From the NCBI GenBank assembly GCA_002412825.1, contig DHVU01000005.1, forward strand, positions 1-61,595: 61,595 bases of DNA. The letters run 5' to 3'. Both the position numbers and the translations under genes were made by a program. Below, in pieces: positions 9,676 through 18,070 of this stretch (positions within the stretch are counted from its first letter, which is position 1; each line of letters starts with the position of its first letter). The DNA comes from Spirochaetaceae bacterium UBA5200. Its GTDB lineage: Bacteria > Spirochaetota > Spirochaetia > Treponematales > UBA12059. The notes below the pieces were generated by a model. The model searched no databases. It saw nothing but the letters and a program-made list of their open reading frames with translations, and was not told the DNA's origin.

Positions 9676-11072
9676 ACGGCGAGCCCCGCGGCATGCCTGT
9701 CAGGGGCGCCGCTGTCCTTTGGGGCGGAGGCCGCGGGAAAGAAGGCGCGGTGCAGGCGGCGCTGGGCCTCGGCCGCGTCCTCCTGGGCAACGACGAAGCT
9801 CAAATTTATCTCCCGCGCACCCATGCTTATCATATCGATGTTGATATCGCCCAGGGCTGAAAATGCCTTGCCCGCTATGCCCGGGCTCTCGGCGAGCCGG
9901 TCGCCCACTATGGCTATGAGCGCCCTGCCGCGGGCTATGCGGAGTTCGGCGAAGCCCTCAAGCTCGGCTACAAGCTCGTCCAGCGATATACCGTCGTCCA
10001 CCGTGGCCGATACGCTCACCTCAGAGGTGGCTACCAGGTCGACGCTTATGCCGCGCCTGCCGAACACCTCGAATATGCGCGCGAGGAAGCCCGAGCCCCC
10101 GAGCATTCGGGGCGTGCGCACGGTAACGATGGTTACCGGACCCCGGGAGGCTAAGGCGGTTACCTGCCTGCCTGAGGACGCGCCTTTGGCTATAGTGGTG
10201 AGGCGGCCGTTGGGTAGGAGGCTGTTCCGCACGGTTACGGGTATGCCGCGCTCCACGGCGGGCAGTATGGTGGCGGGGTGCAGCACCTTGGCGCCGAAGG
10301 CGGCAAGTTCGGCAGCCTCGTCGTAGCCTAGGTATTCCACCGGGCTGGCTTCGGGCACGATACGAGGATCGGCGCTGAGTACGCCTTCAACATCGGTCCA
10401 AATCTGTATTTCCGCGGCGTCCAGTACCGCCCCCAGTATGCTGGCGCTGTAATCGGAGCCGCCGCGGCCTAAGGTCGTAGGATGGCCGGACGGATCTGAA
10501 CCTATGTAGCCCTGCGTGATGGCGATGGAGCCCGGCTGCACGAGGGGCACGATGTACTCATGCGCGGCGCGTCGCGTCGCGGGCAGGTCCGGACGGGCCC
10601 TGCCGTGGCGCGAGTCGGTTTTGAGCACCGAGCGGGCGTCTATCCACGGCGCGTTCATGTACAGGGCTAACAGCCTGGTGGAGAGGAGCTCTCCCCGGCC
10701 GGTCAGTACGTCAAGGTTTCGCTCAGGCAGATTGCGTAGGAGCGCCGCGCCTTTTAGGATGGCGGAAAGCTCCGAGCGGGTATCCGCAAGGGCTTGTTCG
10801 AGTTCAGGCGGCGCGGACCGGCCTAAGAGTTCCTCTCCCAGTTCGCCGTGCCTGTCCAGTATGCGGCCGAGGGCGGCAAGGGCTTCCGCTTCCTGGCCGG
10901 CCGCGGCCATCGCGCCTGCGCCGATGAGCGCATCGGTGACGCCGGATAAAGCGGAGAGCACGAGGAGCACGCCCTGCGATGAGCGCTCGCGCGCCAGGGC
11001 TGCGACGCCCCGCAGCCGCGCGGCGTCGGCCACGGAACTGCCGCCGAACTTCATGACGATAGCCGCGCTCAT
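9672..11072 (-). CDS. lysC: Aspartate kinase
   Basis: N-terminal KFGGSSV and C-terminal ACT domains; 466 aa. Confidence 0.9.
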   Translation of the reverse strand: MSAAIVMKFGGSSVADAARLRGVAALARERSSQGVLLVLSALSGVTDALIGAGAMAAAGQEAEALAALGRILDRHGELGEELLGRSAPPELEQALADTRSELSAILKGAALLRNLPERNLDVLTGRGELLSTRLLALYMNAPWIDARSVLKTDSRHGRARPDLPATRRAAHEYIVPLVQPGSIAITQGYIGSDPSGHPTTLGRGGSDYSASILGAVLDAAEIQIWTDVEGVLSADPRIVPEASPVEYLGYDEAAELAAFGAKVLHPATILPAVERGIPVTVRNSLLPNGRLTTIAKGASSGRQVTALASRGPVTIVTVRTPRMLGGSGFLARIFEVFGRRGISVDLVATSEVSVSATVDDGISLDELVAELEGFAELRIARGRALIAIVGDRLAESPGIAGKAFSALGDINIDMISMGAREINLSFVVAQEDAAEAQRRLHRAFFPAASAPKDSGAPDRHAAGLAV

Positions 11073-12118
11073 AGATAGCCTCCTGCCACGGCGAGCTCCG
11101 CGTTGAGTATGGAACCGCCGGCCGCGCCGCGTTCGGCGTTATGTCCGAGCACGACGAGCTTTGCTCCGAGAACGGGGCAGGCCCGTATGCGGCCTATCTG
11201 TAGCGTCATGCCCCCGCCGCTCTCGACATCGTGCCGGGGCTGGGGCCTGTCCGCCTCCCCGCGCAGTTCGAGGAAGGCGTGCGGCGCGCTGTGTAGGGCG
11301 TAGGCCGCGCTGTCGGGCACGAAGTCCAAGAGCGCCTGCATGACATCATCCGGTTCCGGAGCGCCGCCGAGCCTGGCGCTTATGCAGAGGGTGTGGCCGT
11401 CCGCCACGGACACCCTGTTGCACTGCGCGGATATGGCGAAGCCCGCCGGTTCTATAGCCTGATTACGCAGGGTTCCAAGTATCTTGCGCGTTTCCTCTTC
11501 CACTTTTTCTTCCTCGCCCCGTATGAAGGGTATGACGTTGCCCAATATGTCCAGGGCCGACACGCCGGGATAGCCGGCGCCGCTAATAGCCTGCATGCTC
11601 GTTAGCATGGCAAGTTCCATGCCAAAGGCGCGGTAGAGCGGACCAAGGGCGCCAAGTGCCACGGTCGTGGTGCAATTGGGATTGCATACGATGGCGCCTT
11701 TCCAGCCGCGCCGCGCCTTCTGCGTTTTTATGAGGACCAGGTGGGCCGCGTTAAGCTCGGGCACTATGAGGGGCACGTCGGCCTCCATACGAAAGGCCGA
11801 TGCGTTGCTGAACACGAGCGCTCCGGCGGCGGCGAATGCGGGCTCTATGTCCCGCGCGGGGCCGGCGTCGAGCGCCGAGAACACGATGGGGCTTAGCGCC
11901 TTTTCCGGCTCGCAGGGCGCGAGCAGGCTGGCACCGAAGCCCGCATAGGGCTCGCCGCCTAAGCGCCACTCGCAAGCCTCGTCGTAGCGCTTGCCTGAGC
12001 TGCGCTCACTCGCCGCAAGCTGGCACAGCTCGAACAAGGGGTGGTTCGCCAGCCTGCGCACGAAGCGCTGGCCCACGACGCCGGTGGCGCCGAGCACGGT
12101 TACGGGTATGCGTGTCAT
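11069..12118 (-). CDS. asd: Aspartate-semialdehyde dehydrogenase
   Basis: N-terminal VLGATGVVGQRF Rossmann and catalytic Cys region (IVCNPNCTT). Confidence 0.9.
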   Translation of the reverse strand: MTRIPVTVLGATGVVGQRFVRRLANHPLFELCQLAASERSSGKRYDEACEWRLGGEPYAGFGASLLAPCEPEKALSPIVFSALDAGPARDIEPAFAAAGALVFSNASAFRMEADVPLIVPELNAAHLVLIKTQKARRGWKGAIVCNPNCTTTVALGALGPLYRAFGMELAMLTSMQAISGAGYPGVSALDILGNVIPFIRGEEEKVEEETRKILGTLRNQAIEPAGFAISAQCNRVSVADGHTLCISARLGGAPEPDDVMQALLDFVPDSAAYALHSAPHAFLELRGEADRPQPRHDVESGGGMTLQIGRIRACPVLGAKLVVLGHNAERGAAGGSILNAELAVAGGYL

Positions 12119-13167
12119 AGGGTGTTTCCTGTCGTAGCGTCGCGGAGGTAGCGCCTGCCTATGGCGGCGAAAAGGGCTATGCCATTCTTAAGTTCTTCAA
12201 GGCTCAATTCTTCGTTTCGGGTATGCGCCAGGGCTGGGTTGCCGGGGCCGGCGAGCAGGGCTGCCGCATTGGGCGCCAAGGCGCGAAGTGCCGGCAGGTC
12301 TGAGCCGAAGGGCACGCTGGCGCTGGCTAGGCCGGGCACGAGGTCAAAGTAGTCGTGGCTCTCGTCAACCAGCGCGTCGAGCCTGGCGTTCGCGGGCATG
12401 GCCGCCTCCAAGGCGGCGCGCAGGCGGCCTCCGGGCACGGTGCGCAGGGATAGCTCGGCCCAAGCCTCGTCGGGCACCACATTGGCCGCGCGCCCGCCTT
12501 CTATGAGGCCCAGATTCCATGCTTCCCGCCCGAGCCGCTCGTCCACTCCCGGCTCAACCCTATCCAAGGCGCTTATCCAGGCTATGAGCTCCGCTACGGC
12601 GTTGCGGCCTAGCTCGGGCGTGGATCCGTGGGCGCTTAAGCCCGCGCAGGACAGCTTTGCGCGCAGATAACCCTTCTGGCCGGCGGCAAGGGCGCAGTTC
12701 GTAGGCTCCCCGTTTACGATGGCTAGGCAGGAGGAGAAGAGAGGAGCAAGCTCGAGCGCGGCCAGGGCGCCTGCGCTATCGCTCTCTTCGCCCGCTACGC
12801 CGAGCCAGGCCATACCGCATAAACCCTCTTGCAAGAGCGTATCTATAGCGCCGAATTGGGCGGCTATCTGGCCCTTGGCATCGCAGGCGCCGCGCGCGGC
12901 TATGCGCCCGGCCTCAATGAGCACGGGAAGCTCGGGCGGCACGACGTCGAGATGGGTAGTGAATAGCACGCGGGGTTCGCCCCAGAGAGCCAGAATATTG
13001 GCTCTGCCCGGGGCTAGGGGAAAGACGCGGAATGCGCCGCCTAAGCGCCGGCATTCCCGGTCGATGAGGGGAGCGAGCGATGCTTCGCTCCCCGAAGGGC
13101 TATACGTGGAACAAAGCTCCGCCAAGAATTCAAAGGCGAATCGTTCCACGGATTGAAGGCGCGGCAT
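12115..13167 (-). CDS. dapE: M20-family deacylase, probably succinyl-diaminopimelate desuccinylase
   Basis: ArgE/DapE/M20 fold (THLDVVP, GACDAKG). Start at MPRLQS with GGAGGA RBS; the annotated upstream extension reads through the riboswitch leader and is rejected. Confidence 0.7.
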   Translation of the reverse strand: MPRLQSVERFAFEFLAELCSTYSPSGSEASLAPLIDRECRRLGGAFRVFPLAPGRANILALWGEPRVLFTTHLDVVPPELPVLIEAGRIAARGACDAKGQIAAQFGAIDTLLQEGLCGMAWLGVAGEESDSAGALAALELAPLFSSCLAIVNGEPTNCALAAGQKGYLRAKLSCAGLSAHGSTPELGRNAVAELIAWISALDRVEPGVDERLGREAWNLGLIEGGRAANVVPDEAWAELSLRTVPGGRLRAALEAAMPANARLDALVDESHDYFDLVPGLASASVPFGSDLPALRALAPNAAALLAGPGNPALAHTRNEELSLEELKNGIALFAAIGRRYLRDATTGNTL

Positions 13168-13430
13168 AGGTTCCTCCAATCCGTTGGAGATCCCTAGAAA
13201 CCGCGCGAATAGCCCTTGGGTATACGGACAGAGATCGTCCGTAGGGTTCGGCGATTCCGTTGGCACTCCGCGGGTTTCTCTCCCGCGACAGCCGCCGGGT
13301 ATTAACCCGGACGTCCAAGGCCGGCGCGTACTGCATGCGCTGACCCTTCGGCGATCCTCCCCTTTTCCATCGGCTTTACGCGGGCGCAGTGCCCTTTGCC
13401 GCGGTACTCATGGGAATCGCTCCTCCAATC
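13168..13430 (-). ncRNA. Lysine riboswitch (L-box) candidate in the leader of the lysine operon
   Basis: Minus-strand leader contains GGAGGAGCGA...GAGTAC, GAAAAGGGGAGGATCGCCGAAG and GGCTGTC...GGAGAG. These parallel the L-box core motifs recalled for the B. subtilis lysC leader (AGAGGTGCGA...AGAGTA, GAAAGGGGAGCGTCGCCGAAG, GGCTGTCA...GGAGGGC). An SD-sequestering hairpin (GATCTCCAACGGATTGGAGGA) lies immediately before the ATG. Confidence 0.6.
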
Positions 13431-13440
13431 GGACAAAGCG

Positions 13441-13470
13441 GATACTAGCAACGATCGCCCTGAGCCGCAA
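13441..13470 (-). promoter_or_regulatory. Candidate promoter of the lysine operon (TTGCGG, 17 nt, TAGTAT)
   Basis: Hexamers read on the minus strand just upstream of the riboswitch 5' end. Confidence 0.35.
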
Positions 13471-13561
13471 GGGGTAAAACAGCCCTAATTCTGGAATTAT
13501 TGCCGAATCAGAGCTGATTTAATCGTTTTATTATGAGAAACGAAGGGCAGCGCGCAGGATT

Positions 13562-15064
13562 TTAGGCTTTTGCCGCCCAGCGCCCCTCGCGAAGCTCCAA
13601 GCCGCAGTGCCCGGAAAGGGCCTTGCTAAGCCCCTCTGAAAGGCTGCGGGCGCTGGCCGCGAGCTCGGGCGGCAGCTCTTTGACGGGCACGGCGCCGCTG
13701 CCCAGTATGGTTTCTGCGAGCAGCTTAGCCGCCAGGAAGCGCTCGGATTTCTCCACCGCAAAGCCAAGCGGCCGCTTGAGCAGTCCTACTACTTCCCAGG
13801 TGGACTGCTCGGCCTGGCTGTAGCTGCCGGCGTCCTTGTCCTGCTCGGATATGCGCAGGGGCAGGGTGGCGGCTATGTCGTCGAGCCTGGCTACGAGGGC
13901 GGCCAAGTCGAAGAGCCCGGTGGCGCAGTTAAAGAGTATACGCTGGCCGCCGGCTTCCAAGGCGGCCGCCTCCTCATTCGATATGGCCTGCCCCAAGTCG
14001 CCCACGGTCATGGCTCCGCGCTCGTCGAGCACCAGTATGCCGCCTTTAACGTCCAAGGCCGTACGGTAGGAGAAATCGAAGGCAGCGTCAGCGCCTGAGA
14101 GGGCGATAAGCGCGAGTTCGACGGGGTCCACCGAGTAGCCCACGTTGTCTACGTTGCCTATGTAGGCATAACGATAGCCCTTCGCGAGCAGCTCCCGGTA
14201 CACGCCTGCCAGTACCCTGAAACTCTGGCCATGGCCGCCTGGCAAGGCCAGCGCGCTGTCCTCTTTTCCATAGGCCCGGTCAAAAATGCGCCTGGGGCTG
14301 CCCTCCGAGGCGGGGCTCAGCGCCGCTATGAGGGGCTGCACGGCGCTCAAGGGTCGCGTGGGGTCGCTGCCCGCCTGTTCGATAAGCGGGGCGAGCCAGG
14401 GGTGGCTGCGATAGGCTGCATACGCCTCTCGGAGGGGGGCGTCGGTGCCCGCGCTCGTCATCTGGAAGAACTGCAGGGGCGGCCGCGGCGCAGCTCCGAA
14501 ACGTTCTCGATAGCGAAGCGCTTTGAGCAGGGCGGAGCGCATCTTTAAGACTAGAAAGCTCTCGCCTGGGCTGCCGTCGGGGTTTATATAGGCGGGCGTT
14601 GTTCCCTTGGGCTTGCCTTCGCAGAGCGGGGCCAGCGCGTCAAAGCCGGTCTTTATAGCCTCGAATACCCCGGGGCCTAAGCCGCTGTTTTTCTTGCGAT
14701 CCGCATAGCTCGTCGCCGAGCCTCCGTTTAATACGCCCCAGGCCGTTATCGCGTACATGCGCTCGCCTAATTCGTTAAGCTCTTCACGGCCGAAGCTGAG
14801 CTGCTCTCCCTGCCTGGTAGGGCTTGCGGGCGGCTCGAGCCCCAGCGCGGCAAGCCGCTCTTTGGCCAGTTCGTAGGGCAGGGCGTAGCGGAGCCCGCCG
14901 CTTAAGGACAGCACGGATACCCCGTCCACCTTGGGCACGCCTTTGGCCTTAAGAGCCGGCGCGGGCGCCTGGCTGCCTGAATTTAAGCCTTCGAGTATGC
15001 CCAAGCTCAGCTCTATATCGATGCCCTTGGTGAGCATGTCGTTTCGCAGTTTTTCGCTTATCAT
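13562..15064 (-). CDS. UDP-sugar pyrophosphorylase family protein (UDPGP-like uridylyltransferase)
   Basis: Weak resemblance to eukaryotic-type UGPase/UAP family (VLNGGSATSY nucleotide-binding region). Start at MISEKL (ATG 15064-15062); the 5' ORF extension translates the repeat element. Confidence 0.5.
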   Translation of the reverse strand: MISEKLRNDMLTKGIDIELSLGILEGLNSGSQAPAPALKAKGVPKVDGVSVLSLSGGLRYALPYELAKERLAALGLEPPASPTRQGEQLSFGREELNELGERMYAITAWGVLNGGSATSYADRKKNSGLGPGVFEAIKTGFDALAPLCEGKPKGTTPAYINPDGSPGESFLVLKMRSALLKALRYRERFGAAPRPPLQFFQMTSAGTDAPLREAYAAYRSHPWLAPLIEQAGSDPTRPLSAVQPLIAALSPASEGSPRRIFDRAYGKEDSALALPGGHGQSFRVLAGVYRELLAKGYRYAYIGNVDNVGYSVDPVELALIALSGADAAFDFSYRTALDVKGGILVLDERGAMTVGDLGQAISNEEAAALEAGGQRILFNCATGLFDLAALVARLDDIAATLPLRISEQDKDAGSYSQAEQSTWEVVGLLKRPLGFAVEKSERFLAAKLLAETILGSGAVPVKELPPELAASARSLSEGLSKALSGHCGLELREGRWAAKA

Positions 15065-15190
15065 GGATGCCTCCCGGGGCTTCCATACTAACCCCGAGCG
15101 GGAGCTTCTGTGAATAGGCCGGTGGATTTTACGTGCCCCGATCGCGCCTGCCTGCGGTTGCCGCGCCCTGCATTTTCCGTTAGTCTTAAC

Positions 15191-15306
15191 TAGTTCCTCG
15201 AAGCTTGTGTTTCTGCGCCTGCAGTACATCCTGTAGTGCAGGCAAGCGCAGCGTCCCTACAAGGCCTTGCATCGTCGCTGGGCCGTACACAAGCTTCGAG
15301 GAACTA
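15191..15306. repeat. MITE/REP-like element copy 1: 20-bp terminal inverted repeats TAGTTCCTCGAAGCTTGTGT ... ACACAAGCTTCGAGGAACTA
   Basis: Perfect 20-bp TIRs flank a 76-bp internal segment that is itself palindromic. Located in the divergent promoter region between the UDPGP-like gene and manC. Confidence 0.8.
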
Positions 15307-15365
15307 CGTAAGATTCAAGCAACTACCATAGTTAGATCCATGTATACAGCGAGGAGGAAACGCCC

Positions 15366-16847
15366 ATGACCAATATCATACTCTGCGGAGGCGCGGGCAC
15401 GAGGCTTTGGCCCCTGTCCAGGACCCTTATGCCCAAGCAGTTCGCCAAGCTGCTCGGCGACACATCGCTCTTCTATCGCAGCGTCGAGCGAAACTTGAGC
15501 CTTTGCGATGACTATATCATCGTCACCAACGCCGACCAGTGGTTCCTGGCCGCGGCGGATCTGGCGGCCATGCCTTTAGCGGAGCGCCCCCGGAAGCTCT
15601 CCTTCGTGCTCGAGCCCGTGGGCCGCAATACCGCCCCGGCCATAGCCTTAGCCTGCCTGGAGCTTGACCCCCAAGAGCTTGTCCTCGTGTCCGCCTCGGA
15701 CCACCATATTAAAGACCCTGCGTCCTACCGCGAGCGCGTAGGGGCGGCCGCCGCCCTAGCTAGGGAGGGCTACCTGGTAAGCTTCGGCATAGAGCCAGGC
15801 TACCCCGAAACCGGCTATGGCTACCTCCAGGCGGACGCCGCCCGGCCGCTGCCCGGCCGCGCCTGCTACGCCGTCAAGGCATTCAAGGAAAAGCCCGACG
15901 CGGCCAGCGCTGAGCGCTACCTGGCCTCAGGCGACTACCTCTGGAACTCCGGCATGTTCGTCTTTAGCGCCGGCGCCTACCTCGCCGAGCTCAAGGCCGC
16001 CGCGCCTGACATGTACACCGCCTGTCTTAGCGCGCATGCCCGCGCCAAGCGGAGCGCCGACCCCAAGTCCGGCTATCCCCTCGTATCGCCCTTGCTTGAG
16101 GACATGAAGGCTATACCCGCCAATTCCGTGGACTACGCCGTCATGGAAAAATCCTCCAAGGTAGCCGCCGTGCGCTCCGACTTCGACTGGAGCGACGTGG
16201 GCAGCTATGACGCGCTCTACGAACTGGCCGATAAAGACGCCAACGGCAATGCGGTTAAGGGCAACGCCGCGGCGGCCGGCGCATTGAGCGGCGCGGGCGC
16301 CGCCTCCGGCTTCTCGGCCATTGACTCGCACGGCAACCTGGTCCTCTCCGAGCGCGCCGTTGCGGCCGTGAGCGTCGACAACCTCATTATCATAGACTCA
16401 GGTGACGCCCTCCTCGTGGCAAAACGGGGCTCTTCCCAGGGCGTCAAGGCCATAGTAGACGGCCTTAGGGCAGGCGGAGAGGCGGAGCGCGCCCTAACCC
16501 ATGCCCACCTTACCGTGCATCGCCCCTGGGGCTCCTACACCATACTGGACGAAGGCCCGGGCTTTAAGGTAAAGCGCATAACGGTAAGCCCCGGCTCCAG
16601 GCTATCGCTGCAGAAGCACGCCCGCCGCGCCGAGCGCTGGGTCGTAACCGGTGGGGTTCCCATCATCACCATAGACGCCGAGCGCCGAGCCTATGCCCTG
16701 GGCGAAATAGCCCAGATACCCCTAGGCGCCGTGCACCGCCTTGAAAACGAAGGCTCCGTAGACGCCCTCATCATAGAGACCCAGATAGGCGACTACCTCG
16801 GAGAGGACGACATCGTGCGCCTCGAGGACGTATACGGCAGGGCCTAA
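15366..16847 (+). CDS. manC: Mannose-1-phosphate guanylyltransferase / mannose-6-phosphate isomerase (bifunctional, cupin C-terminus)
   Basis: N-terminal ILCGGAGTRLWPLSR nucleotidyltransferase and C-terminal cupin; RBS GAGGAGG. Confidence 0.9.
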   Translation: MTNIILCGGAGTRLWPLSRTLMPKQFAKLLGDTSLFYRSVERNLSLCDDYIIVTNADQWFLAAADLAAMPLAERPRKLSFVLEPVGRNTAPAIALACLELDPQELVLVSASDHHIKDPASYRERVGAAAALAREGYLVSFGIEPGYPETGYGYLQADAARPLPGRACYAVKAFKEKPDAASAERYLASGDYLWNSGMFVFSAGAYLAELKAAAPDMYTACLSAHARAKRSADPKSGYPLVSPLLEDMKAIPANSVDYAVMEKSSKVAAVRSDFDWSDVGSYDALYELADKDANGNAVKGNAAAAGALSGAGAASGFSAIDSHGNLVLSERAVAAVSVDNLIIIDSGDALLVAKRGSSQGVKAIVDGLRAGGEAERALTHAHLTVHRPWGSYTILDEGPGFKVKRITVSPGSRLSLQKHARRAERWVVTGGVPIITIDAERRAYALGEIAQIPLGAVHRLENEGSVDALIIETQIGDYLGEDDIVRLEDVYGRA

Positions 16848-16900
16848 GAAAGCATCCGCCTCCATCCCTTAAGCTTCCCTTCGGTAACTATAGACGCCAA

Positions 16901-16935
16901 TAAAAAGGCCCGGGATTCGTCCCGGGCCTCTTCAT
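16901..16935. terminator. Bidirectional intrinsic terminator between convergent manC and the outer-membrane protein gene
   Basis: A-tract, hairpin GGCCCGGGA-TTCG-TCCCGGGCC (9-bp stem), then T-rich tail. Confidence 0.6.
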
Positions 16936-16950
16936 CATCGCTTTCGCTAC

Positions 16951-17979
16951 TTATAGTTGCACGCGTATCATGGCGCTCGCGCCTAAACTCTTTGTCTTGG
17001 GCACGATAACGCCCTGCAGATCCAGGCTCAGTATGAGCAGGTCTAAAGACAGGCCGCCGTACACGCGGAGCACGGGGTCATTATTCTCTGCTGATACTAG
17101 AAAACCGTCTGCTGAGAGCGCTGATACATCATATCCTGCACTTATTAGTTGTTGCTTGATAGTATTCCATTCTTCAGGGGTCATCGCTACTGGAGTAGAT
17201 CCAACTCCTGATCCATCTGCATCATAGAGCATCGTAGCTTGGAAACCACCCTCAACTTTAGATTTTCCTATGGAATAGCCAAGCCCAGCAAACGGGCGTA
17301 AAAATAGTAGCTTTTTGGATACCTGAAGTGTGAAGTCGTAACTGTCCGTCGTCCAGTTCATGTTAATATCAGGATCGCCGGCTACTATTGACCTTTCTGT
17401 TCCGTCGTTATAGTAGAAGGTCTGATCGGGAACATCTAAGCTAAAAAGCATAGAACCAGTTAGCCTATTATAGCCTGCTCCAAAAGAAACATCGGGAAAC
17501 AGCAAGCCTTCTTTAACTAAACCTATACGAATGTTTCCACCGAATAGCTTATAATCCGCAGCGATGCCTTGAGCGCTCAAAGCCTCGGTTGCTTCTGGCG
17601 GGAGTATCATAGCCTTAATGCCTATATCAAAGGGCAGGATTATGCCACCGATCTTTGCTGAAAGAGCTGCAGCGGGAATTGGCATACCGGTTTTTTTTAG
17701 TACATCAGGTATAGACCCGTCTCCAATTTCTGCGAACAGTGGTTTAAGGCTATCAACAGGCACTGCGGTAACGCCAAGTGCCAGGCCTACGCCGAAGTGA
17801 GGCAGTTTGCCTATATAGGCATCGGACCAGTTGTTGCCCACGGTGGCGTTGTAGGACAGGGTGGCGGCCATATCGACGGCAAAGGTCTGGAAGCCAGTTT
17901 GGAATTCGCCTAGAGTACCCTGCGCCCAGGCGCCGGCGGCGGCAAGGGCTATCATCGCTATGAGAATAAAACGCTTCAT
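16951..17979 (-). CDS. Secreted / outer-membrane protein, hypothetical
   Basis: Cleavable signal peptide MKRFILIAMIALAAAGAWAQ; 342 aa with alternating beta-rich pattern; no recognisable catalytic motif. Confidence 0.45.
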   Translation of the reverse strand: MKRFILIAMIALAAAGAWAQGTLGEFQTGFQTFAVDMAATLSYNATVGNNWSDAYIGKLPHFGVGLALGVTAVPVDSLKPLFAEIGDGSIPDVLKKTGMPIPAAALSAKIGGIILPFDIGIKAMILPPEATEALSAQGIAADYKLFGGNIRIGLVKEGLLFPDVSFGAGYNRLTGSMLFSLDVPDQTFYYNDGTERSIVAGDPDINMNWTTDSYDFTLQVSKKLLFLRPFAGLGYSIGKSKVEGGFQATMLYDADGSGVGSTPVAMTPEEWNTIKQQLISAGYDVSALSADGFLVSAENNDPVLRVYGGLSLDLLILSLDLQGVIVPKTKSLGASAMIRVQL

Positions 17980-18070
17980 AGTACCTCCTGATTGCCGGGC
18001 TGCTGCGCTCTAGAGCGCGGGCGGCCCAGGAACCATAAGTGTAGCACTATTAAGGGGAAAACCACAGGCC

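Noticed and set aside
15065-15229. 5' extension of the UDPGP-like ORF (MYCRRRNTSFEEL...)
   Set aside because: It is a translation of the MITE/REP-like repeat element itself; the plausible start is the internal ATG at 15064.
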